Source: Amphiscolops sp. MND2022
Taxonomy: Eukaryota
DNA: 64,000 nt
Direction: 5' to 3'
Assembly (NCBI GenBank): GCA_964187785.1
Contig: OZ076409.1
Span: 71,736,001 to 71,800,000, forward strand
Shown in pieces: positions 37,952 to 51,457 of this stretch. The position numbers and the translations under genes are program-made. Within the stretch, counting starts at the first letter, position 1; the number at the start of each line of letters is the position of its first letter. The notes under the pieces are model-generated. The model made no database searches. It was not told where the DNA came from and saw nothing but the letters and a program-made list of their open reading frames with translations.

Positions 37952-39959
37952 GTGGGCGGGGAAATTTCACCCCGTTTGTATTCGGCCGACGGGTAGGGTC
38001 CTGGCGGCCGACGATCCGCCTTAAGCTAGCGGTATGTAGCAGAAATTGCAAAAAAAAGACCTAAAATTTAATCTAACCATTAGAATTTGCTCAAAATTTG
38101 CATGCGGCCCTCAAATCCTATTGCAAGACGAAGTTCCTGCTGACGCTAAGCGTTCTATAAACTTTATAAAAAGTTATGGCCAATTTTTTGTTCAAAATTT
38201 CAATAATTTTGGGAAATTTCTAATTTTTCACTTAATATCTCGAAATGTGTTAATTTTTGGACTTTGACTGTGAAACAAGCTTGGAACCTTCATTTCGTGG
38301 CTGTGGCATTGCACTGAACACAAAAGATGTAAAGTTTTTACATTTTTCGAAAATTCGAGATTTTTGATTTTTTTTCACTACTATCAGTACCCCATATGTC
38401 AAAAACACATCAGAAAAAAATTTTTATTTGCTTTAAATTGGAAACCTTGGTATCCATGGTTTCTGTCGGAACCTACTCGCTGCCAAACACCCAACAGTTT
38501 GCATCCAGTGTGAATTTAAATTTTTTTTCGAGGTCTTAGGTGTTTCATAAGGATTTCTCAACTTGGTTTTAATTTACAAATTGGTCATTTTGAACACAAT
38601 ATTTTCATCGAGGCTTGTCGGCTATAGCCTTAATGTTATAGAACGGTCCCACTGGCAACGTAGGAACCATTTATAGTAATAGAAAGTTTTAAAAAAATAT
38701 TTTCACCCGGTCTTCAGTCATTTTTCAGTCATTAGGAACTTAACTTAGAAAAATTTCGATCAAAATACCCATTTTTTGTCAGGTCGAAAATTCAAATTCA
38801 GATTTTTAAGCAAAATTATTAACTCTGACGTAACCCATGGGGCCCATGATACTCAAAACAACGATTGACACTGGTATCACTGGCTCCAATAACATATGAG
38901 TCGCGATACGACGTTATTTTGAGCAATACGTCTCAATTGAGGTAAAGATCTCGCAAGCCAGCGATTACTGTGAAATGTGATTTCATCAAAAATTTACTCA
39001 TTTTTGTCAGTCACTATGTGCACAGAGTGCGTAGGGTGAGTTCCAGCACTATAATGAGGTTTTTGAAGGCATCGGGTTGCTCAAGGGAGTGTATGAGACA
39101 TTTTTTTCCCATATAGTACTGTATTTTCCAAAATTTTTAGCCCATTATCTCAAAAACATAACTTCGCAAAATGCTTTCAATTACTTTATTCTAAGGTTAG
39201 AATATGAATGAACACTGTGGTTGATCAGAACCTCTCATTTTTTTGTTTTCCGAAATAATACCTTCGCATGGGTTACATTTATGGCAGAAAAGAAAGCAGA
39301 AGATAAAAAATACGCTTTTTTGCTAAGATAGAAACGCGATGAATGTGCCTAAATACCCTTTAAATACTTCTAACGCAACCTTGTGGATCCAATATGATTG
39401 GAAATACCGTTCACAGTCCTCACATGTACTCTTTCTACAATCCAGACTGCACTTTTTTTGAAAATTTTACATGTAGCTTTAAACTGAATCTTGTGATAGC
39501 CTTTTAAGTTGGCCTTGTGTCAACTTGGTAAGGCTATCACCACAAAAAACTATAAACAAAATTACCATTTATTAATTTAATTTTTCTTTCGATGCCTATT
39601 TTCGTAATTCGATCCTATCGTTAGATCCTTCCATCAGGTCAGCTAACGATTGCTTTCAGTGTTTGATAAGAATGTATGAACTTGAAGACAATTCTCTTTT
39701 TTTTTGTTTACAAAAAATAAAAACAAATAATTAAAAAAACCTAATTGGAATAATTGAAACCACTAGGAAGTATAACTTCTATCTTTTCGACCGTTATCAT
39801 CCCCAGCCATCCCCAACGTCCTCGCAATGTATGTCCTTATTACAACGCCGCGTCACATAGCGTTCCGACGCCCATAGTCTGTGGGCATGCCGAGGCATGC
39901 CCTTCGACGACGTATGGCAAATGAGCCATGCCCGCACTCTGGAGTGCGGTAGCAGCTAG
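37952..39959 (+). repeat. Unit U17, divergent family A' (2008 bp; unique head, tail T4)
   Basis: Head GTGGGCGGGGAAATTTCACCCC; A-type body. Confidence 0.92.
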
Positions 39960-42900
39960 GTGGGCGGGGGTAATTCCCCAACTAAAAAATCGGCCGGCGG
40001 GTAGGGTCCTGCCGGCCGTCCAAAATCAAAAATATACTAGTAGAAAACGGCCGGTCAAACGAGCTATTTTTTTATTTAACCGTTAGAATTTGGGTTTAGA
40101 TTGCATGCGGCCATGAAATGGCCATACGAATCGAAGTTCCTGCTGACGTTTTGCGATTGAAACACTTTATAAAAAGTTATGGCCAATTTGTCAGTCACCT
40201 AGAAGGGCAAAATGAGGAAAATTTTAACAAAGTCGCTAATAACTCAAAATGTGTTATTTTTTGGACTTTGACTGTGAAACAAGCTTGGAACCTTCATTTC
40301 GTGGCTGTGGCATTGCACTGAACCCAAAAGATGTAAAGTTTTTACATTTTTTGAAAATTTGACATTTTTGAAATTTTTTTCACTACTATCAGTACCATAT
40401 ATGTCAAAAACACCTCAGAAAAAAAATTTTATTTGCTTTAACTTGGAAACCTTGGTATCCATGGTTTCTGTCGGAACCTACTCGCAACCAAACAACCAAC
40501 AGTTTGCATCCAATGTGAAAATAAAAAATTTTTCTGGGTCATAAGCGTTTCACAAGGATTTCTCAACTTAGTATTAATTTACAAAATGGTCATTTTGAAC
40601 ACAATATTTTCATCGAGGCTTGTCGGCTATAGCCTTAATGTTCTAGAACGGTCCCACTGGCAACGTAGGAACCATTTATAGTAATAGAAAGTTTAAAAAA
40701 AATATTTTCACCCTGTCTTCAGTCATTTTTCAGTCATTCGGAACTTAACTTAGAAAAATTTCGACCAAAATACCCATTTTTTGACAGATCGAAAATTCAA
40801 ATTCAACTTTTTAAGCAAAATTAGTAACTCTGACGTAACCAGTGGGGCTCATGATACTCAAAAACACGATTGGGACTGGTACCAATGGCTCCAATATCAT
40901 ATGAGCCGCGATAAGACGTTATTTTGAGCAATACGTCTCAATTGAGGGAAACATCTCGCAAGCCTGGGATCACAGTTAAAAGTGATTTCGTCAAAAATTT
41001 ACTCTTTTTCGTCAATCACTATGTACACAGAGTGCGTAGGGTGAGTTTCAGCACTATAATGCGGTTTTTGAAGGAATCGGTCTGCTCAAGGGGTGGTATG
41101 AGACATTTTTTTTGCATGTAGTACTATATTTCTCAAAACTTTTAGCCCAATATCTCGAAAAGCTCACTTCGCAAATTACTTTCAGTTACTCTATTCGAAG
41201 CTTAGAATTTATATGAACACTGTGGTTGATCAGAAACTCTTGACTATTTTGTTTTTGGAAAAAAACTGCCTTGCATGTGTTACATTAGTGGCAGGAAAAA
41301 TACCAGTAGCTCCAAAAATCACAATTTTGGACGGACAGACCTGCAATGATGCAAAGCAAAAACGTTTCAACAACTTCTGGCGCCACTTTTTTTACCCAAG
41401 AGGTTCGAAATTACTATTAACAATGCTGACATTCGCTATAAATAAGATCGAGGTCAATTTACTAACACTTAGGTTATACATTTATATCTGAGAAACCATT
41501 CTTTGTCAGGTCGCAATTTTAAATTTAGTTTGGGAAGCAATACTTTTCACTCTGAAGCAAACCGTTGGGCCCAAATTACTCAAAAACTACAAAAAGACTG
41601 TCACCATATGCCCTAATAGCATATGAGATTCGACCGTATGTTTTTAACACAAAAACTCTCATCCGAAGTAAACATGTTGAAAGCCTTGAATCACCGTGAG
41701 AAATGATTTCATCAAAAAATATTCCTTTTTCGTCAATCTTTATCTACACAGAACACGTTGTGTCATTTTCAGCCGTGAAATGAGCTTCTACCGTAATATG
41801 GGTTGCTCAAGGTGTTGTATAAGACAAAAACTTCCTCTTTTCTACTATCTTCTTCAAATATTTCAACCCTTTGTCACAAGAAGTTAATATTCAAAATCTC
41901 TTTGAAATGTTTCTTTAGGTTGGGGTGAAGTGTTAGAACAATAATTATGATCGAAGAATGATAGTATTGGTGTTTGGACCATGTCCGGATGAACAAATTG
42001 CAAAATCATGAAAAATTTCTTACCATTTTTGGTCATTTTGTCAGTACTAAAAATGTTAGCTGAAAAAGAATTTTTTGATGGCACCATTGGATTCCTCTCA
42101 AAAAGTTAGCTATATGAACTGTGTAATAACCCCGTATCTTTTCAATTTAAATAATTTTAAAAAGCAAACTTTTTTGACTAAAATCCTAAAAATCATACCA
42201 TTTCCTAAAAAATTTCAAATGCCCCCCATTTGACGTATAAGAATAGCACAGAAAACTATCACATACCGATCGACTCTACTTCCATTGTAGATTACCAGAA
42301 TTTTGTTTAGAACAATTTTTGACGGATGCAAAAAAAATTTAAACCCTCCAAAAAAGGGCCAAAATTACACGAAAAAATTGACCTTAAAATTTTAAAATGT
42401 CGAAAAATCATCAAAACCACAGCTTCTTGGGGTTCTATCAACTACACGTGGTCCACAGAGTATGTTAAAACAAGTTTTACCCGTATTTGAGCAATATGTG
42501 AAAAAGCCGACTTTTTTGGGAATGAAAAACATACCATTTCCTAAAAAATTTCAAACGCACCCCATTTGACGTATAAGAATAGCACAGAAAACTATCACAT
42601 ACCGATCGACTCTACTTCCATTGTAGGTTACCAGAATCTTGTTTAGAACAATTGTTGACGGATGCAAAAAAAAATTAAACCCTCCAAAAATGGGCCAAAA
42701 TTACACGAAAAAATTGACCTTAAAATTTTAAAATGTCAAAAAATCATCAAAACCACAGCTTCTTGGGGTTCTATCAACTCCACGTGGTCCACAGAGTATG
42801 CTAAAACAGGTTTTACATGTTTCTGAGCTATATGTGAAAAAACCGACATTTTGGGGAAGAAAAACATACCATTTCTTAAAAAATTTCAAATGCACGCCAT

Positions 42901-44721
42901 TTGCCGTATGAGAATAGCACAGAAAACTATCACATACCGATCAACTCTACTTCTATTGTAGATTATCAGATTTTTGTTTAGAACAAATTTTTATCGATAT
43001 AATAAATTTTTAAACCCTCCAAAAATGAGCCAAAATAACACGAAAAAATGGACCCTAAATTTTTAAAATGTCAAAAAATTATCCAAACCACAGCTTCTTG
43101 GGGTTCTATCAGCTCCACGTGGTCCACAGAGTATGCTAAAACAGGTTTTGCCCGTTTTTGAGCAGTATATGAAAAAGCCGACATTTTTGGGGAAGAAAAA
43201 CATACCATTTCCTAAATAATTTCAAATGCAGGCAATTTGCCATATGAGAGTAGCACAGAAAACTATCACACACCGATCAACTCTACTTCTTTTGTAGATT
43301 ATCAGAATTATGTTTAGAGTAAAGTTTTATGGATATGAAAAATTTTTATACCCTCCAAAAATGGGCCAAAATGACACGAAAAAATTGACCTCAAATTTTT
43401 AAAATGTCAAAAAATTATCCAAACCACAGCGTCTTGGCGTTCTATCAACTCCAAATGACCTTCAGAGTATACCAAACCAGGTATTGCCAATCTTTTGAGC
43501 AATATTTAAAAACACCGACTATTTGGCAAGAACACCATAATATGTTCCATATAAGAAGTGAATCATTCCACATATATACCCGGTCTAATATTTCCAAATT
43601 AGCGATAACATTTATACATGATGGTTTTTGAAAGTGAGCTTCATAAGAGGTTGAGATGTAATAATACGTAAATGGACCCTAAGTTTCATTGAAATCTCAA
43701 TGGAATACGTCCAATCAACTTCAATCCTAACTATTATATAACAAAAAACACTTGAGTACATTCCATCTCCCCATCGGGGGAGATGAGAATGTACTTTTCA
43801 AAAGCCAAAAACTTCGAATTTTAAATCTTTTGTAACATTGTATGTAACTGTTGAAACGATGAACGAATGAAAATGCTTCTAGTACCTTCATCAATTTTTG
43901 CTTCAGCTCCTATTTCTGCAGAACAAAACCAAAAGACACACTTACAGCAGTTAAGTTCGATTGTATAACTCAGTGAGTAAAGGTATGACTGAGGAAGTTC
44001 ACAAGTTGTTTCAAAAGTTTCCGGCCTTCCAAAATCATGAAACGTCCACACAACCAAGATAGCAAGTGAAAGAATGCTGAATGCACCTTATTAGATGAGA
44101 TAAATAATGTGTGGAACTTGCCATTATCTCAAGATGACGTTGATTTATGATCTTTTAAGGATAGTTCGATATGTGACCACAATAGTGGAAAACTTATTAC
44201 TATTTGAAGAACACCGTGGAAAGCGTTCAGAAAGGACAGTATATTTGTTTCGAGCATGCATGCGTGTGTTCCTTTGGTGACGTTAGCTTAGTGTACATGA
44301 CGGAGGTATTCGAGAGATTATGATAGAGTTTACTCACAAGTCTTTGTTTTTTTAAACTTTCTATGCCGTTGAGTACATTCGTAAGGTACATCCATCCCCT
44401 TCTCTGGGAATGTACGTTTGCCAAATGACTGTCATCCAAAATTCGTAATCCGGACGAGTTTAACTACATAAACATGTGATGAGCGTTTTCAATTCACAAC
44501 CGAATAACATTTTTTTTCTCGAAAATGATGATGGTTTTGATTTTGATGTCTTCTACTTTTATCATCATGCAAACGACCTTACCATGTCTCTCTTCTGTCG
44601 TCATTTGTACAACGCCACATAGCGTTCCGACGCCCACCGTCTGTGGGCATGCCGAGGCATGCCCTTCGACGACGTATGCCAAATGAGCCATACCCGCACT
44701 CTGGAGTGCGGTAGCGGCTAG
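39960..44721 (+). repeat. Unit U18, family B (4762 bp; tail T4)
   Basis: Nearly identical to U22 (offset 13490). 336-bp array at about 42160-43540; hairpin beta at 43756-43794. Confidence 0.95.
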
Positions 44722-46708
44722 GTGGGCGGGGGTAATTCCCCAACAAAAATTACGGCCGGCGGGTTGGGTCCTGCCGGACGTTCAAATAGCGCGAAGCATC
44801 TAGTAGAAAACAAGGAGTCCTGAAACAGCGATTTTAAAATTGAACCGTTAGAATTTGGTTTTAGATTGCATGCGGCCCTAAAATCCCCATACGAATGGAA
44901 GTTCCTGCTAGCGTTAAGCGATTGAAATAATATATAAAAAGTTATGGCCTATTTTTGGGTCACCGAGAAGGTCAAAATGAAGAAAATTTTAACTAAGTTG
45001 CTGATAACTCAAAATGTGTTAATTTTTGGACTTTGACTGTGAAACAAGCTTAGAACCTTCATTTCGTGGCTGTGGCATTGCACTGAACACAATAGATGTA
45101 GAGTTTTTACATTTTTTGAAAATTCGACATTTTTGATTTTTTTTCACTACTATCAGTACACTATATGTCAAAAACACCTCTGAAAAAAATTATTATTTGC
45201 TTAAAATTGGAAACCTTGGTATCCATGGTTTCTGTCGGAACCTACTCGCTGCCAAACACCCAACAGTTTGCATCCAATGTGAATTTAAAATTTTTTTCGA
45301 GGTCATAAGGGTTTCACAAGGTTTTCATAACCTAGTATTAAACTACAAACTGGTCATTTTCAACATAATATCTTTGTCGAGGCATGTCGGATATAGTCCT
45401 ATTGCTCACGAACGGTCCTACTGGCAACGTAATAACCATTTATAGAAATGTAAAGTTATAAAAAAATTTTTTCACCCGGTCTTCAGTCATTTTTCAGTCA
45501 TTCGGAACTTAACTTAGAAAAATTTCGACCAAAATATCCATTTTTTGTCAGGTCGAAAAATCAAATTAGGAATTTTAAGCAAAATTATTAACTCTGACGT
45601 AACCCATGGGGCCCATGATACTCAAAACAACGATTGACACTGGTATCAATGGCTCCAATAACATATGAGTCGCGATAAGACGTTATTTTGAACATTACGT
45701 CTCAATTGAGGTAAAGATCTCGCAAGCCAGCGATCACTGTGAAATGTGATTTCATCAAAAATTTACTCTTTTTTGTCAATCACTATGTGCACAGAATGCG
45801 TAGGGTGCGTTTCAGCACTATAATGAGGTTTTTGAAGGCATCGAGTTGCTCAAAGGATGGTATGAGACATTTTTGTCCCATATACTACTGTATTTTCCAA
45901 AATTTTTAGCCCAATATCTGGAAATACAAACTTAACAAAATACTTTCAACTACTTTATTCAGAGGTTACAATATAGATGAACACTGTGGTTGATCAGAAA
46001 CTTTCATCTCTTTCGTTTTCCGAAATATTTCCCTTCGCATGTGTTACATTCGTAGCAGAAAAAAAAATCGAAACTGAAAAATACGCAATTTTGCTAATAT
46101 AGAATCGCACTGATTGTGCCTAAAAACTCTTTAAACACTTCTAACGCAACCTTAGGCACCGAAAATGATCGAAAATGCTATTCACAATGGTGACATGTGC
46201 TCTTTCTACGATCCTGGCTGGACAAGGTTTGCATATTTTTCAAGTACCTGTCAGCTAAATCTTGTGATAGCCTTTTCAGTTGGCCTTGTGTCAACTTGGG
46301 AAGGCTATCACATCAAAAAACCATCAACAAAAATAATTTTTGTTTATTGGATCTTACAGTCGATACTTTTTTTCGTGATTCTATACTACCGTTAGTATAT
46401 TTCATCAGGTCACCTTACGATTGCATTCAGTCTTTGATAAAAACCTATGAACTCAAAGTCACATTTATATATTTTTTGGCCAAAAAAACATCAAAAATAT
46501 CTAAAATATATAAAATAGAGTCTTTAACATTTTTACGTTTCAAGTTTTTGCCGTTATTAAGCCAATCAACTTCCTACAGCCACGCTCTCTGTCATACTGT
46601 ACAACGCCACATAGTGTTGCGACGTGCACAGTCTGTGGGCATGCCGAGGCATGCCCTTCGACGACGTATGCCGAATACCGCGGGCCTACGCCCGCGCTCC
46701 CCGGCTAG
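44722..46708 (+). repeat. Unit U19, family A (1987 bp; H4, T1)
   Basis: Junction to junction. Confidence 0.95.
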
Positions 46709-49700
46709 GTGGGCGGGGGTAATTCCCCAACTAAAAATTCGGCCGGCGGGTCGGGTCCTGCCGGCCGTCCAAAATCAAAATCCTACTAGTAGAAAACGGC
46801 ATGTCAAACGAGCTATTTTTTTATTTAACCGTTAGAATTTGGGTTTAGATTGCATGCGGCCATGAAATGGCCATACGAATTGAAGTTCCTGCTGACGTTT
46901 TGCGATTGAAACACTTTATAAAAAGTTATGGCCAATTTGTCAGTCACCTAGAAGGGCAAAATGAGGAAAATTTTAACAAAGTCGCTGATATCTCAAAATG
47001 TGTTAATTTTTGGACTTTGACTGTGAAACAAGCTTGGAACCTTCATTTCGTGGCTGTGGCATTGCACTGAACACAAAAGCTGTAAAGTTTTCACATTTTT
47101 TGAAAATTCGACATTTTTGAAATTTCTTTCACTACCATCAGTACCCCATATGTCAAAAACACCTCAGAAAAAAATTTTTATTTGCTTTAAATTGGAAACC
47201 TTGGTATCCATGGTTTCTGTCGGAACCTACTCGCAGCCAAACACCCAACAGTTTGCATCCAATGTGAAATAAAAAATTTTTTCGAGGTCATAAGCGTTTC
47301 ACAAGGTTTTCATGATTTAGTATTAAATTACATAGTGGTCATTTTAAACATAAAATTTTGGTCCAGGCATGTCGGATATAGTCTGAATGCTCACGAACGG
47401 TCCTACTGGCAACGTATGAACCATTTATAGTAATAAAAAGTATTAAAAAAATTTTTTCACCCGGTCTTCAGTCATTTTTCAGACATTCGGAACTTAACTT
47501 AGAAAATTTTCGAACCAAATACCCATTTTTTGTCAGGTCGAAAATTGAAATTCAGCTAATAAAGCAAAATTTTTTACTCTGACGTAACCAGTGGGGTCCA
47601 TGATACTCAAAAATACGATTGGGACTGGTACCAATGGCTCCTATATCATATGAGCCGCGATAAGATGTTATTTCGAGCAATACGTCTCAATTGAGGTAAA
47701 CATCTCGCAAGCCTGGGATCACAGTGAATTGTAATTTTATCAAAATTTTACTCATTTTTGTCAATCACTATGTGCACAGAGTGCGTAGGGGGAGTTGTAG
47801 CACTATAATGAGGTTTTTGAAGGCATCGGGTTGCTCAAGGGGTGGTATGAGACATTTTTTTCCTATATACTACTGTATTTTCCAAAACTTTTAGCCCATT
47901 ATCTGCAAAAACTAACTTGACAAAATACTTTGAGTTACTCTACTCAAAGCTTAGAACATAGATGAACACTGTGGTTGATCAGAAACTATTTACTATTTTG
48001 TTTTTAGAAAAAACTGCCTTGCATGTGTTACACTAGTGGCAGGAAAAATACCAGTAGCTCCAAAAATCACAAATTTGGACGGACAGACTTGCAATGATGC
48101 AAAGCAAAAACGTTTCAACAACTTCTGACGCCACTTCTTTTACCCAAGAGGTTCGAAAACGCCATTAACAAGGCTGACATTCGCAATAAATAAGATCGAG
48201 GTCCATTTACTAACACTTAGGTTTCAAATTTGTTTCTGAGAAACCCATTTTTGTCAGGTCGCAATTTCAAATTTAATTTGGGAAGCAAAATTTTTCACTC
48301 TGAAGCAAACCGCTGGGCCCAAATTACTCAAAAACAACAAAAAGACTATCACCATATGCTCTAATAACATATGAGATGCGACAGTATGCTTTTAACACAA
48401 AAACTCTCATCCGAAGTAAACATGTTGAAAGCCTTGAATCACCGTGAGAAGTGATTTCATCAAAAAATATTTCTTTTTCGTCAATCACTATATACACAAA
48501 ACCCGTTGTGTTAGTTTCAGCCGTGAAATGAGGTTCTACCGTAATATGGGTTGCTCAAGGTGTTGTATAAGAGAAAATCGTCCTCTTTTCTACTAACTTC
48601 TTCAAATATTTCGACCCTTTGTCACACGAAGTTAAAATTCAAAATCTCTTTGAATTGTTTCTTTAGGTTGGGATGAAGTGGTAGAACAATAACTTTGATC
48701 CAAGAATGCTAGTATTGGTGTTTGGACCATGTTTGGATGAACAAATCGCAAAATCATGAAAAATTTGTTTCTTTTTTTGGTTATTTTGGCAGTACTAAAA
48801 ATGTTAGCTGACAAATAATTTTTTCGATAGCACCATTGGATTCCGCTCAAAAAGTTGGTTATATGACATGTGTAATAACGCCGTATCTTTTCAATTTAAA
48901 TATATTTAAAAAGCCAACTTTTTTGACCAAAATCCTAAAAATCATACCATTTCCTAAAAAATTTCAAATGCACCCCATTTGACGTATAACAATAGCACAG
49001 AAAACTATCATATACCGATCAACTCTACTCTCATTGTGGATTATTAGCATTTTGTTTTGAACGAATTTTGATGGATATTAAAAAATTTTGAACCCTCCAA
49101 ATATGGGCCAAAATTACACGAAAAAATTGACCTTAAAATTTTAAAATGTCAAAAAATCATCAAAACTACAGCTTCTTGGGGTTCTATCAACTCCACGTGG
49201 TCCACAGAGTACGCTAAAACAGGTTTTACCCGTTTTTGAGCAATATGTGAAAAAGCCGACATTTTTGGGAAAGAAAAACATCCCATTTCCTAAAAAAATT
49301 CAATTGCACGCCATTTGCCGTATGAGAATAGCACGGAAAACTATCACATACCGATCAACTCTACTTTTATTGTAGATGATTAAAAATTAGTTTAAAACAA
49401 ATTTTGACGGATATTAAAAAATTTTAAACCCTTAAAAAATGGGCCAAAATTACACGAAAAAATTGACCTTAAAATTTTAAAATGTCACAAAATCATCAAA
49501 ACCACAGCTTCTTGGGGTTCTATCAACTCCACGTGGTCCACAGAGTACGCTAAAACAGGTTTTACCCGTTTTTGAGCAATATGTGAAAAAGCCGACATTT
49601 TTGGGGAAGAAAAAATAGGCATTTCCTAAAAAAATCAAATGCACGCCATTTGCCGTATAAGAATAGCACAGAAAACTATCATATACCGATCAACTCTACT

Positions 49701-51457
49701 CCCATTGTAGATTATTAGAATTTTATTTTGAATGATTTTTGATGGTTATTAAAAAATTTTGAGCCCCCCAAAAGCGGGCCAAAATTACACGAAAAAATTG
49801 ACCTTAAAATTTTAAAATGTCAAATAATCATCGAAACCAGAGCTTCTTGGGGTTCTATCCACTCCACATGGCCCACAGAGTATGCCAAACCAGGTTTTGC
49901 GCGTTTTTGAGCAATATTTGAGAAAGCCGAGTTTTTTGGGGAAGAAAAACATAACATTTCCTAATAAAATTCAAATGCACGCCATTTGGCGTATGACAAT
50001 AGCACAGAAAACTATCACATACTAATCAACTCTACTCTCTTTGTAGATCACCAGAGTTTTGCTTAGAATAAATTTTGATGAATATTTGTAAATTTTAAAC
50101 CCTCCTAATATGGGCCAAAATCACACGGAAAAATTGACCGTAAGGTATTAAAATGTCAGAAATTCATCAAAACCACAGCTTCTTGGGGTTCTATCATTTC
50201 TATATGACTTTCAGAGTATACCAAACAAGGTATTAACATTGGGCGATAATTAAAAACACCAATTTTATTTTAGAAGAAAACCATAATAAGTTCAATATAA
50301 GAAGTGAATCATTCCATATATATACCCTGTCTTATATTTTAAATTAGCGATAATATATATACTTGATGTTTTTTGAAAGTGAGCTTCATAAGTGGTTGAG
50401 ATGTGATAATACGTAAATGGATTCCAAGTTTCATCGAAATGTCAATGGAATACGTCCAATCAACTTCAATCTTAACAATTAGATAACAAAAAACCTAAGT
50501 ACATTCCATCTCCCCATCGGGGAGATGAGAATGTACTTTTCAAAAACCAAAAACTTAGATGTTTTTTTTTGTAACACTTACTGTAACTGCTGAAATGATG
50601 AAAGAATAATTATGCTTCTAATAACTCCATGATTTTTTGCTTCAGCATTTTTTTTGCAGAACAAAACCATCAGACATATTTTTCGCAGTTAAGTTCGATC
50701 GTATTACCCAGTGAACAAAGGTATGGAAGGATGTTTACAAGTTGTTTCAAAACTTTCCCGCCTTCCAAAATAATGAAACGTCTACACAACCAAGATAGCA
50801 AATGAATGAATGCGGAATGCATCTTATTAGATAAGATAAATAACGTGTAGAACTTACCTTTATCTGAAGTTGACGTTGATTTATGATCTTTAGAGGATAG
50901 TTTGATTTTTGACCATAATAGTGGGAAACTAATTATTATATGAATGATGGCGTGGAAAGCGTTCAGAAATTGTAGTATTTTGGATTCGAGCATGTATGCG
51001 TGGGTTCCTTTGGTGGCGTTAGCTTAGTGTACATGATGGAAGTTTTCGATCTGTTATGATTAATTTTACTCACGAGTCTTTGTTTTTCCTATTTTTTTGC
51101 CATTAAGTACATTCATTCTATCCCCTTTTCTGAGAATGTACGTTTGTCAAATGACTGTCATCCAAATTTTGCATTCCCGAAGAGTTTAAATACATAACAC
51201 GTGTTTAGCGTTTCCAAATCACAACCGAGTAACATTCTATTTTTTTTTCTCAAAATTGATAATGGTTTTGATTTTGGTGTCTTCTACTTTCATCATCCAT
51301 CATAACAACCACCTTACCATGTCTCTCGCTTGTCTTCATTTTACAACGCCACATAGTGTAGCGACGCCCACAGTCTGTGGGCATGCCGAGGCATGCCCTT
51401 CGACGACGTATGCCAAATTTAGCGTTAGCCCGCGGTCACTACCGCGGTAGCAGCTAG
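46709..51457 (+). repeat. Unit U20, family B (4749 bp; H3, tail T3)
   Basis: 336-bp array at about 48910-50280; hairpin beta at 50499-50536; 5' part resembles U14. Confidence 0.95.
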
